In this document: in pieces, positions 51,520-62,000 of the stretch
Layout: every line of letters begins with the position of its first letter
Numbering within the stretch: the stretch's first letter is position 1
NCBI GenBank assembly: GCA_963745035.1
Contig: CAVUVW010000015.1
Location: 128,001-192,000 of the forward strand
Reading direction: 5' to 3'
Source of the DNA: an uncultured delta proteobacterium
GTDB lineage: Bacteria; Desulfobacterota; Binatia; UBA9968
DNA: 64,000 nt
The notes under the pieces: model-generated
What the model saw: only the letters and a program-made list of their open reading frames with translations
What the model was told of the DNA's origin: nothing
Databases searched by the model: none
Position numbers and translations under genes: made by a program

Positions 51520-52662
51520 TTATTTTTCCGCGGCGTACAGATGCCCCGGCGACTGGCGGACAAGTCCTTGCAGCTCCAGGTCCAAAAGAATCTCCAGCAC
51601 CTGCGCCGCCGCGAGCCCGCTGCGCTCGATCACTTGGTCCACTTGCAAAGGGTTGTCCTGCAATAAAGCAAAAATTTTTCGCGTCTGCTCTCCGGCACTC
51701 GGCGGCAGCAGCCGCGCCGGCGCCGGACTCGCCCCGCGGCGCGCAAGCTGCGGCGCGATTTCTTCGACGATATCGTCGACGCTCTCGACCAGCTTGGCCC
51801 CCTGGCGAATCAATTGATGGGCGCCGCGGCTCCGGCTCGCGCCCGCCTCGCCGGGCACGGCGAACACCTCGCGCCCCTGTTCCACGGCCAGGGCCGCGGT
51901 GATCAAGGAACCGCTTTTCTCGGTCGCCTCCACCACCACGACGCCGAGCGACAGCCCGCTGATCAGACGATTGCGCGCGGGAAAATTGAACGCCATCGGC
52001 CGCGTGCCGATGGGCAATTCGGAGAGCACCGCGCCGTTTTCGCTGATCCTGCGGTAAAGCGCTTCATGCTCCGGCGGGTAAGGCCGCTCGACCCCGGAAC
52101 CCAACACCGCGATGGTGCGGCCGCCGGCGCGGAGCGCGCTCTCGTGCGCGACCCCGTCGATGCCCCGCGCCATACCGCTGACCACGGTAAATCCGAGCGA
52201 CGCCAAGCCGCGCGCCAGATCGCGCGCGACGCGCCGGCCATAGTCGCTGGCGCTGCGCGAACCGACGATCGCCACGGCCCGCTCGTCCTCCCCCACCAAG
52301 GTGCCCTTGATGTATAACAACGGCGGCGGGTCGGCGATCATGCGCAGGCGCGCCGGGTAGCGGGGCGAAGTAAAGCGCACGATGTCGATGCCGGCGGCGC
52401 GCACACGGCGCAGCTCGTCGTCGATCTCGACCCAGCCGGAAAAATTCGCGATGCCCTCGATTACTTCGCGGTGCAAGCCCTCGACCCGCTCCAGCTCGGC
52501 GGGCGATGCAAAAAAAGCTTGCGTCGGATCGGCAAACGACGCCGCAAGCTTCTTAAAGCCGACGCCGCCCAGCCCCTTGACCCGGCTAAGCGCAAGCCAT
52601 TGCGCATATTCGTCGCGCACCCGCACGGTCGGCATAACTCCAGATAACGATGGCTCAACCAT
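51520..52662 (-). CDS. dprA: DNA-processing protein DprA
   Basis: AIVGSR, SGMARGIDG, FPARNRLISG, SGSLITA, GREVFAVPG. Confidence 0.95.
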   Translation of the reverse strand: MVEPSLSGVMPTVRVRDEYAQWLALSRVKGLGGVGFKKLAASFADPTQAFFASPAELERVEGLHREVIEGIANFSGWVEIDDELRRVRAAGIDIVRFTSPRYPARLRMIADPPPLLYIKGTLVGEDERAVAIVGSRSASDYGRRVARDLARGLASLGFTVVSGMARGIDGVAHESALRAGGRTIAVLGSGVERPYPPEHEALYRRISENGAVLSELPIGTRPMAFNFPARNRLISGLSLGVVVVEATEKSGSLITAALAVEQGREVFAVPGEAGASRSRGAHQLIRQGAKLVESVDDIVEEIAPQLARRGASPAPARLLPPSAGEQTRKIFALLQDNPLQVDQVIERSGLAAAQVLEILLDLELQGLVRQSPGHLYAAEK

Positions 52663-52994
52663 ACTCGTTTATATTTTGTCAAACTGGCGCGCGGGTCGAT
52701 GATCGGTGCGAAGCCAGGGAGACGAGATCAAAATGATAAGGCAATTCTTCGCCGAAGGCCAGGACAACGCCCAACCAAGCTTGCGCAGCCGGCGGCCCGC
52801 CTCGGCAAAGTTTTGTTTTTACAAACCTTTTTATCGAGAAGTATTTTCGTAGGGCGGTCGAGATAAAGGGCGCGGACAACGAAAATATCATCGCGCGACC
52901 GAGCGGCCGGGCCCATCAGCGCCGACAAATTGTCAGTCAACCGGTCGCGCGAACTGCAAAGCAGTAACAAGGACTGCGATCATGCCGCGCAAAC

Positions 52995-54387
52995 TCAGGA
53001 GCGCTTGGCGCTTTTCTCCTCGCGCCGCGGCCGCAGATCCAGGCGAATCGGCGCATGCTCCATGCCCAGCTCGGCGCGCAGCCGATGGACTAGATATTTT
53101 TTGTAAGTCTCGTGCACCGCGCTCGGGCGATTGACGAACAGCGTGAACGTCGGCGGGCTCGTGCGCGTCTGCGTACCGTAGTAAAACTTCACCGCCCGCC
53201 CTTGAGCGAGCGGCGGCGCGTGCGCGCGCACGATTTTCTGCAGCGCCTGATTGACCGCCGAGGTCGACGCCTTACGCCGGTAGGCTTGCACCACCACGGC
53301 GGCGGTTTGCAGCAGCTTGCGCACGCCGTGCCCGGTTGCCGCCGAGATAAACGCGATCGGCGCAAAGTCGAGAAACGACAGCCGGTAGTTGACTTCGTCG
53401 CGATATTTTTTCGTGTCGCTTTCGGCCTGGGGCATCAAATCCCATTTGTTGACGGCCAACAGCAGCCCCTTGCCGCGCTGCACCGCGTAGCTCAAGATCT
53501 GCGCATCCTGATCGGTGACCCCTTCCGGCCCGTCGATCACATGGATGATCAGATCGCCGCGATCGACGGCGCGCAGCGAGCGGTGCACGCTGAACTGTTC
53601 GACGCGGTCGTCGATGCGCGCCTTGCGGCGAATGCCGGCGGTGTCGATGAGAACCGCGGGCTTTCCCAGCAGCTCGAAGGGCGTGTCGAGTGAATCGCGC
53701 GTCGTTCCCGGCGCGGAATGCACCACCGAGCGTTCGAAACCGAGCAGGCGATTGATCAAAGTCGATTTGCCCACGTTCGGCCTGCCGACGACGGCGACGC
53801 GCAGCGGTTGCGCCTTCTCGCGCTTCCGCCTCCTCGCCCGGAGACGAATCCGGCGGAAACCTGGCGACCACGTTGTCCATCAACTCGGCAACGCCCAAGC
53901 CATGCTCGGCGGAAATCGCATAGAGCGGCTCGATGCCGAGTGCGAAAAACTCGTACAGATTGGCCTCGCGGCGCTGCGAGTCGAGCTTGTTGACCGCGAA
54001 AAAAATCGGCTTGGCGGCGCGGCGCAGTTGGTCGACAACGGAGCGGTCGAGCGGATTGAGGCCGCCCTTGCCGTCGAAGAGGAACACGATCGCATCCGCT
54101 TCCGTCACCGCTTGGCGGCTCTGCGCCTGCACGCTGCGCTCCAGGTTGTCCGCGCTTTCCGATTCCATGCCGCCGGTGTCGATGAGCAGATATTTCCGCC
54201 CCGACCATTCGGCTTCGGAATAATTGCGGTCGCGGGTGACTCCCGGTATGTCGTCGACGATGGCTTTGCGCTCGCCGACCAGACGATTGAACAGAGTCGA
54301 TTTGCCGACGTTCGGCCGCCCGACGATCGCCACTACCGGCAACCGCCGCGCCGCCGCGGACGCTTTTGCTTGGAACCGCGCCGCCAT
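52995..54387 (-). CDS. der: Ribosome biogenesis GTPase Der (frameshift near 53820)
   Basis: Two GRPNVGKS G1 motifs, GVTRD/GTTRD, DTGG/DTAG, NKLD/NKWD. Confidence 0.95.
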
Positions 54388-54389
54388 CT

Positions 54390-55313
54390 TTATACGCCCA
54401 TCTCCGTCAGCAAATGCGGGTTTTGCGTCCAGTCGGGATCGACGCGGACGAACAGCTCGAGAAAAATTCGGCAGCCCAACAGCGTTTCCAGTTCCTCGCG
54501 CGCCTGCTTGCCGATTTCCTTCAGCATGGCGCCGCGCTTGCCGATGAGAATCCCCTTGTGCGAATCCCGTTCGGTGTGAATCGTCGCGGCGATCACGATC
54601 AGGTTCTTTTCCTGCTTCTCGGTAAATTCGTCGATCGTCACAGCGACGCCGTAGGGAATCTCCTCGCGGGTCAGCAGGAACACTTTCTCGCGCACGATCT
54701 CCGAGGCGAGAAAGCGCTCGGACTGGTCGGTGTACTCGCCTTCGGTAAAAAACGGTGTCCCTTCGGGCAGCCACTTCTCGACCAGATCGAGGATGAGCGT
54801 AATTCCCTCGCCGCGCAGCGCGCTCACCGGCACGATCTCCTTCCCCGGCAAGAGCTGCGCGCAGCGCTCCATCAGCGGCAGCAGTTTCCCTTTGGAGACC
54901 AGATCGATCTTGTTCAAAAGAATCAACACCGGCGTCTCGACGCCGCGCAGGGTCTCGGCGATGCGCTCTTCTTCCTGTTTGATCTTGTCCTGGGCGTCGA
55001 GCAGCCAGATGACCCCGTCCACCTCGTCGAGCGTCTGCAGCGCGGTGTCCACCATGCGCCGGTTCATGAGCGAATGGCCCTGGTGAATCCCCGGCGTATC
55101 GAGGAAAACGATCTGCGCGCCGGGCGTGGTGCGAATGCCGGTGATGCGGTTGCGCGTGGTCTGCGGTTTGGGCGAAACGATGGCGACTTTTTCGCCGAGA
55201 ATCCGATTGAGCAAGGTCGATTTGCCGACGTTCGGCCGGCCGACGATGGCAATGTAGCCGGCGCGAAACGGCGCCGCGCTTTTTTCCTTGTCCTGGTCCT
55301 GCGCCTCTGTCAT
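54390..55313 (-). CDS. era: GTPase Era
   Basis: [24 protein letters not shown] domain ILIGKRG. Confidence 0.96.
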   Translation of the reverse strand: MTEAQDQDKEKSAAPFRAGYIAIVGRPNVGKSTLLNRILGEKVAIVSPKPQTTRNRITGIRTTPGAQIVFLDTPGIHQGHSLMNRRMVDTALQTLDEVDGVIWLLDAQDKIKQEEERIAETLRGVETPVLILLNKIDLVSKGKLLPLMERCAQLLPGKEIVPVSALRGEGITLILDLVEKWLPEGTPFFTEGEYTDQSERFLASEIVREKVFLLTREEIPYGVAVTIDEFTEKQEKNLIVIAATIHTERDSHKGILIGKRGAMLKEIGKQAREELETLLGCRIFLELFVRVDPDWTQNPHLLTEMGV

Positions 55314-55387
55314 AAACGAAACCGAAGACGCATTATGACACTGTCGACTCGCCGTTCAAGATCGACTCCCGCTACACGATCTCATTC

Positions 55388-55960
55388 ATGCCGATTCAAC
55401 TGACGCCGCCAATGAAGCGCCGGCTCACGCGCCGCGCGCATGACATGATCGCGCGCTCGCTGCATTTATTCCCCGAGCTCCGCGGCGCAACCATCACGGT
55501 GGGCTACACGCGCAAGCACTTGGGCAGCGCGACGGTGGTCTACCGAAAGGGAAAGATTGCGCGGCTGATCATCCGGCTCCGCGTCCGCAAGGTGACGTAT
55601 CAGACGATCGGCCACGAGCTCACCCATTTGGTGCAAGGCCTGGCCCATGGCGAGCGCGCGCGGTCGCGCTCAGCCGATCCGGCGAAAGTGCCGTCGGGCG
55701 AACCGCAGTGCGATATCTGGACCTTGGCTCGCGATCCGCTTTTCTGCGACGATCCGCCGACGTATATCAAACTGCCGCGCGTGATCCGCGAGCGCTGGCC
55801 GGAATACGCGTCTCAAGTGCGCGATCTCTGCATCGCGGCGATCGAAAAACGCGCCGCCTACCGGCCGTACATTCGCTGGCTCGAAGCCGAGCTGCGCGGG
55901 CTCGCCCGGGCGCCGCAGGCGAACATTCCTGCCGCGGGTCAGCTTTTGTTGCCTCTGTGA
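55388..55960 (+). CDS. Hypothetical HExxH zincin-like protein
   Basis: TIGHELTHLVQ motif plus a downstream E; host-like codon usage. Confidence 0.6.
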   Translation: MPIQLTPPMKRRLTRRAHDMIARSLHLFPELRGATITVGYTRKHLGSATVVYRKGKIARLIIRLRVRKVTYQTIGHELTHLVQGLAHGERARSRSADPAKVPSGEPQCDIWTLARDPLFCDDPPTYIKLPRVIRERWPEYASQVRDLCIAAIEKRAAYRPYIRWLEAELRGLARAPQANIPAAGQLLLPL

Positions 55961-56043
55961 CGGATTTTAGCGGCCGGGAATCCTCTCCGGAAGGAACACG
56001 CAGCCGAGGAATTGAAGCGGGCGCGAGTCGCTTGTCGGCGCTC

Positions 56044-56991
56044 TTAAGAATCCTCCGGACGGAAGATCGCTTCGATCTCCTTGAGCTCGCCGCTGGCGAG
56101 CTTCCAATCGGCGGCTCTCACGTTGCTGATCACGTGCTCGACCCTTCTCGCGCCGGTGATGACCGAGCACACGCTCGGCTCGGCCATCAGCCAAGCCTGC
56201 GCCAGCTCGTTGACGCCGCGGCCGTGATCTTGCGCCCAAGCCGACAGTTGCGCGACGACACGATAGTTTTTCTCGATCATGAGCTCTTGGACGGCGCGCG
56301 CCGATGCGCCGCGCGAACCGGCAGGCGGGGCCTTGCCCATCTCGTATTTGCCGGTGAGAAAACCGCCGGCGAGCGGATAATACGGCACGAAGCCCACCCG
56401 ATGCGCCCGGCAATAAGGCAGCACTTCGCGCTCGACCTCACGCTTCAATAAATTGTACTCGGATTGCAGGACCACAAAGCGGCTCCAGCCTTTCAACTCC
56501 GCCAGCACATTCGCGTGGGCGAGCTGCCACGAAGCATACGCCGAGGCGCCGGTGTAGCAGATCTTGCCCATGCGGATCAGATCGTCCAAGCCGCGCAAGG
56601 TTTCCTCGATCGGCGTCGTCTCGTCCCAGCGGTGGCAGTAATAGAGCGCGATATTGTCGGTTTGCAGCCGCCGCAGGCTCTGCTCCACCGACTGGATCAT
56701 GTGATGGCGCGACGCGCCCCAGCTATTGGCGCCGGTTTTTCGTGGAAAGTTGAACTTGGTCGCGAGAACCACTCGATCCATGCGCCCTTTCAACGCGTGG
56801 CCCAAGGTCTCCTCGGAAAGCCCTTCATTATAGACATTCGCGGTGTCGATAAAATTGATCCCGCTGTCGAGCGCCGCGTCGATGATCTTGTCGACCTCGG
56901 ATTGCGGCGTATCGGCCGAACCGAAACGATTGGCGCCGAGCCCGACGACCGACACGCGTGCGCCGGCATTGCCCAGTTGGCGGTATTCCAT
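56044..56991 (-). CDS. Aldo/keto reductase
   Basis: IDTANVY, LATK, SLRRLQTD, YYPLAGGFLTGKY. Confidence 0.92.
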   Translation of the reverse strand: MEYRQLGNAGARVSVVGLGANRFGSADTPQSEVDKIIDAALDSGINFIDTANVYNEGLSEETLGHALKGRMDRVVLATKFNFPRKTGANSWGASRHHMIQSVEQSLRRLQTDNIALYYCHRWDETTPIEETLRGLDDLIRMGKICYTGASAYASWQLAHANVLAELKGWSRFVVLQSEYNLLKREVEREVLPYCRAHRVGFVPYYPLAGGFLTGKYEMGKAPPAGSRGASARAVQELMIEKNYRVVAQLSAWAQDHGRGVNELAQAWLMAEPSVCSVITGARRVEHVISNVRAADWKLASGELKEIEAIFRPEDS

Positions 56992-57028
56992 GAAATCTCC
57001 TCTGTGAATTGAAGATAGAAGGGCGGGG

Positions 57029-57394
57029 TTAGCGTCTGCGCGCCGCCGCGGAACTCTGCCTTGCCAAGCGCTGCGCTTTTCGCCCGGAGCGGTCCCGGCC
57101 GCAGTTCCAACACTCGGAAAACTGGCCCTCGATCGTCTCGCCGCAGCCGACGCAAGCCCAGGGTTTTTTTACCGCGTGGAGCGGCGCCAGGGTTTTCTTG
57201 AGAACCGACTTGGCGCGGCCGAACGTCTCGTCGTCCACCACCCACAGCTCCGGCCAGCATTCCACCGGCGGGAGCTCGCCCGCGGCGCTGATGAGATCGA
57301 CCTTGCGCGCCACGCATTTGATGCCGACGGCAGCCAGCACATTTTTCAAATGGCCGATCATCAGGGGATCTTTCGCGCTGTGAAGACGCTTCAT
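57029..57394 (-). CDS. DUF2007 protein with a C-terminal RanBP2-like zinc finger
   Basis: GELPP..CWPELWV; WACVGCGETIEGQFSECWNCG. Confidence 0.8.
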   Translation of the reverse strand: MKRLHSAKDPLMIGHLKNVLAAVGIKCVARKVDLISAAGELPPVECWPELWVVDDETFGRAKSVLKKTLAPLHAVKKPWACVGCGETIEGQFSECWNCGRDRSGRKAQRLARQSSAAARRR

Positions 57395-57412
57395 GCCGCT
57401 TGGCCCGTGCTC

Positions 57413-57757
57413 TTACTCACCGCGCCGCAGCGCCTTTTCATTGAGCTGCAAGCGCGCCCCGAGCCACAGCGATCGTTCCATATGGTCGCCGTAGCCGTCG
57501 CCGGTGGAAGGATGCACCAGCACCGACAAGCCCTCGCGATGGAGCATCAGCCAAGGCACGACTTTGCCGAACTCGTCGGTCGAGAAAACCGCCTGGTACA
57601 TGGCGTCGAGATGAGGACCGACCGCCTCGTCGTGCCAGCTTCCGAGCTGGACATTGAAGGCCGCGAGCCCGGCGCGCACCCGCGCCGCGGCGTCCCGCGT
57701 CTTTTTCGGGTCGTAGTAAATATGGGCGTGGTAGCCTTTGATCACCCGTTCGGCCAT
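57413..57757 (-). CDS. DOPA 4,5-dioxygenase family protein
   Basis: YHAHIYY, VGPH, WLMLHREGLSVLVHP, WLG. Confidence 0.88.
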   Translation of the reverse strand: MAERVIKGYHAHIYYDPKKTRDAAARVRAGLAAFNVQLGSWHDEAVGPHLDAMYQAVFSTDEFGKVVPWLMLHREGLSVLVHPSTGDGYGDHMERSLWLGARLQLNEKALRRGE

Positions 57758-57934
57758 TTGTCACCTCGCCATCACGGACTCTGCGAATTTTTTATCAAAA
57801 AGCCGCCGCAGAAGCCAAGCGGCGGATGAAAAACGGATTTGGGGCAATAGGAACGCGGTTTTCGCGGCAGCGCGTGAGCGCGCGAAACTACGCTCAGCGC
57901 TTTCTGAAAAGAACTTTGGTAGGTCGGAAAAGAA

Positions 57935-58129
57935 TCAGGACTTGGCCGGCTCGGCGGAGATCTCTTCGGGGAAGATGTACTCGTGACCGGCCGCGCCGAA
58001 GTTTACCAAAATCAGTTGGCGCCCCATGTTTTCCACCATCCTGACGAATGTGCCTTCACGGGGCAACAAGACACCGGTCTTCTGCGATCGAATGGGTTTG
58101 GCGGTTTTTAATAGGTCTCCAGGCCTCAT
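57935..58129 (-). CDS. Small hypothetical protein
   Basis: 64 aa MRPGDLLKT...EYIFPEEI with an AGGGAG RBS. Confidence 0.6.
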   Translation of the reverse strand: MRPGDLLKTAKPIRSQKTGVLLPREGTFVRMVENMGRQLILVNFGAAGHEYIFPEEISAEPAKS

Positions 58130-58251
58130 TGACTCTCCCTTTCCAACTCGAATCAACTTGTTCCAAGTCCTATGTTCCCTGCTCCCTCGATGCCGTCTCC
58201 TGTTCGTTTCACCTCGCTCTAACTATTAGACGTTTGTCGCGGTTAAACGAA

Positions 58252-58267
58252 TGCAAGCATAAGACCA
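58252..58267 (-). promoter_or_regulatory. Putative sigma54 -24/-12 promoter
   Basis: TGGTCTTATGCTTGCA with exact GG-N10-GC spacing, upstream of the small gene. Confidence 0.45.
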
Positions 58268-58796
58268 ATTGTGAAAAAATTTCCCCAGCCTGTTCATGCT
58301 AACGCGGGAATGCCGTTCGGCGGGGGAAAATTCGGATAAAAAACCAGTTTTACACACTCTATGAGAGCTTCAGAGGTATATTTCCTAATCATCGGCGTGT
58401 ATCAGATTGCCCTTTTGCTCGACCGTGCAAAAAAATGAGGCAGCAAGGAAAGGGTCGAGGCGGATTATGCTGCGCCAATTCTGTAGATAACGCGACAGAA
58501 TTTGCACGCGAAAAAACTGTGCCAAGACAACTGTCTGATGAAAATGCTTCCGAGCAGCGGATGTTTTTCTCTTGTGGTTCAAAGCGCGGCTTCAAGGACG
58601 GCGCACCGGCGTGCTCCGCATGCGCGTTTCAGCGGCGTTTAGAGTCAAGCGACCAAACTCTTCATTCGAGAAGTAGCGAGGGAGAAAATCAGGTTGTCGA
58701 AGCTTCGATGATGCGATGAAAGCGTGACGATTCATTCATCACGCGGCGACATTAACACAAGTAAAATAATTTAGCTATTTTTTTGCGCCATTTTTC

Positions 58797-58973
58797 TCAC
58801 CGTCGGGCCAAGCTCACGCATTGCGAACAAACTCGCTTCCACCCTTTCCACCAGCCTCTGAAAAAATGGTGACGACAAACGACCTTGCCGCAGCGCGCGC
58901 ACTTGCCGCTGCGCAGCTCGGCGAATCGAGCGCCGCAGAGCGCGCAGGTGAAAGGAATGATCTCGAGCGTCAC
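58797..58973 (-). CDS. Small Cys-rich zinc-finger protein
   Basis: FTCALCG...KCARCGKVVCRHH...VCSQC; GTG start inferred. Confidence 0.55.
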   Translation of the reverse strand: MTLEIIPFTCALCGARFAELRSGKCARCGKVVCRHHFFRGWWKGWKRVCSQCVSLARR

Positions 58974-59062
58974 GTCGAAGTTCCCGTTCGATATCGATGC
59001 AATCAAATGAAAGCGCCGTTCGAGATCGCCGCTGCGCCGATTGTCGAAGCTCCGAGAAAGCG

Positions 59063-62000
59063 CTATGTCTGCCGGCCCTCGTCGGCGCGCAATTGTCTCT
59101 CGCTGCCAAGGGCGGCATTTTCCCCCCGCCACTGGCGGAAAACCAAATCGGTGAGAAACAAGAGCAGCGCCGCGCCGGCAAGCGGCCACCAGGTCTCCTG
59201 GCCCTGCCGGCTTTTCCCGGGCGACGGCGTGTAAAGCCGCTTGAGACCTTCGTCGAGCTTTTCCGGGTCGAGCATTTCGCCGCCCGTCTCTTCGGTAAGC
59301 CGGCTCAGCAGCGGCAGATTGGGTTTGAGCTCGCGATATTCCTTCGGATACGGCGCGACGAACGGCACCGTTGCCAGCGCCACCGGCGCCTCGCCGGCGG
59401 CGGCCTCGGCGTAGAGAGATATAAAGTGAATGCCGCGCGCTGCCGGCATAAATTTGCCTTCGTAGCGGCCCGGCGCGCTTTGTTGAAGCGGTCGTTCCTG
59501 GGTCGCGTGGTCCGGCGCAGTGATGTTGGCCTTGATGTTTAAATGATTCAAGAACTGGCCGTCCGGGCTCGAAAGATCGGCAACGATCTTGACCGTCTCG
59601 CCCTCGGCATGGAAATCGGTGCGCATGCGGGTTTCGAGAATCTTCCGCATGGCGTCGCGCGCGAGCTGGCTGGTCCACTGCGCAAAACCCGTCCAGCTCA
59701 CCCAATCCTTGCCCCAGCGCCCGCTCAAGTCCGAAGTGAACGCCGTCACCCGGCCAAGGCCGTAACGCCAGGAGACCAGCAGCGGATCTTTATCGACCCG
59801 CATCAACAACTCGGCGCGCGCCTTCGGGTAGGTCAGCACATAGCCGCGCAGCGCCGGAAGATTATTCGGACTGATGCCTTTGAGCGGGCCGGCGGGCGCG
59901 ACGATCGCCGGAGTCACGGTTTTTTCCACCAGCAGATCGCGCGCGATCAGCAAGGTTTCGGTGGTGAAGATCTGCGGGATGGTTTGCGGATCGAGGGCGA
60001 CGTAGCCCCGTCCTTTGCCAGTCTTGGCGATGTCCGCCATGAGCTGCACGTCGGCATCGCTGCCGACCGAAACCGTGGACACGGTAATGCCATCGCGCGC
60101 CATCTTCTGCATCAAGCTTTGAAAGTCCGCCTTGTCGGTGAGCCCGTCGGAGAGCGCGATCACGTGTTTGATCGCCGCCTGTTTGGCGGCGATGCCGCGG
60201 TGCGCCTCCACCATCGCCTTGTAAAGATCGGTGCCGCCGTCGGACTGCAGCGAGGCGAGCTTCTCCGAGATCCACTCGCCCTTGCCCACCTGGCGAAACG
60301 GCAGCGCCCAGTCCCAGGCGGCGTCGAAGGCCAGGATGCCGACTTGATCGGTCGGATTCATGATGTCGGCGGCGGCAATCGCCGCGGCCTTGGCGAGGTC
60401 AAGCTTGGTGCTGCCTTCCCCGCCCGAACCCATGCTGCCGGACTTGTCGATCACGAACAGCAAGGCCACGTGGGGCATCTCGAGGCGCGCCGGCGGGCGC
60501 ATATCGACCGGCAGAATGCGCTCCAGCGGCGTGCGGAAATAGCCGCCGGCGCCGTAGCTCTGCGCGCCGCCGATGACCAGCACGCCGCCGCCGAGATCGC
60601 GCGCGTATTTCTCGATGTTCTCCATCTTGGCGTGGGTCAAATGAAACGCCGGCACGTTATCGAGCACCAGCAGATCGTAGGCGGACAGCTCGGAGAGCGA
60701 CAGCGGATGGCTCTGCGGCGCGGCCTCCACGACCGCGTAGCCTTGCACCTGCAGCACGCGGGAGATCACCCGTTGGCTTTCCTTTTCCGCCGAGAGCAGC
60801 AGCACCCGCGGCGGTCCTTTGACCGCCACCACGCCCTGCAGCAAATTGTTCTCCGCCAGCGTGTCGTCCGCGGCCTCGACCAGCAGCTCGTAGGAGTGGT
60901 TGCCGCGCTCGCGAATGCTGTCGCGAAACGCCAGCGGATTGCTGCCGGCTTTGAGCTGGACGCTGCGCTCGGTGTGGAGAACCCCATCGCGCAGCAAGCG
61001 CACACGCGCCGGCGTCTCGCGCAAGCTCTCGACCACGGCGCGCACCTCGAAACCCTCGGCGCTGTCGACCAGCCGCGGCGCGGTCAAGTCGCTCAAGTAC
61101 ACTTCGTTGCGCCCGCGCGAGAGACCCACCGGCAGGGTCCAAACCTGGACGTCCTGGGCGCGCAGCAGCGGCACCACGCGAGCGGTCTCGCCGCGGTTTT
61201 CGTTGCCATCGGAGATCAGCAGGATTTTCCCCTGCCGTCCTTCGCCAATCTGGGCGAGGGCCGCCTGCAGCGCCGCCTGAACGTCGGTCTCCTCGCGGTC
61301 CAGGCGCGCGGAAAAATCGAGCGCCGGCAGTCGCGCGCGCGGCAGCGACTCCCACTCCGGCGCGCGGCCGAAAGACAGAAGTCCGGTGCGCGCTTCGGCG
61401 GTTTGGAGCCGCGCCGCGCTCTCGATCACCGCCTGGGCCTTTTCCCGCCCTTCCTGGCCGACGCTGCGCGACAGGTCAACGCCGAGGATCACATCAAGGG
61501 CGCTCGTCGAGCGCAGCAGGCGCGGATTGATGACCGCGAGTGCCAACACCGCCAGCGCCGCGCCGCGCATGGCAATCGGATAAAGCGGCAGGCCCTGGCG
61601 AAACGCGAGCCAGAGCTCCACGCCGAGGATGAGCCACACCGCGCCGAGCAGGAGCGGCCAGAGCGCAAAAACCGCGTCTAGCGCGCCGCTCGACGCCGCT
61701 TGCTTGTCGGCTGCGCCGTGTAAAACGGCGCGCGGGACGATGGCGGATTCCTCCTCGTCGAGTAGATTGACCGCGAAGCCGGCAGCGCTGCGCCCGCCGC
61801 CCGTGAAATGGTAAAAACCGGCTTCGAAAGTGTCGGCGAAAACCAGGGAATCCTTCGGCGCCGAAAGCAGCTCGCGCTTGCCCGATGGAGAGCTGATTTC
61901 CACCGCCGGCGTGCTGTTCGCCAATTTTAAAGTCACCGGCGCGCCGGCTTTCACCGCCGCGCCGGGAAATTCGCGGCTGCGCGGTTGAAACCACTCGAGC

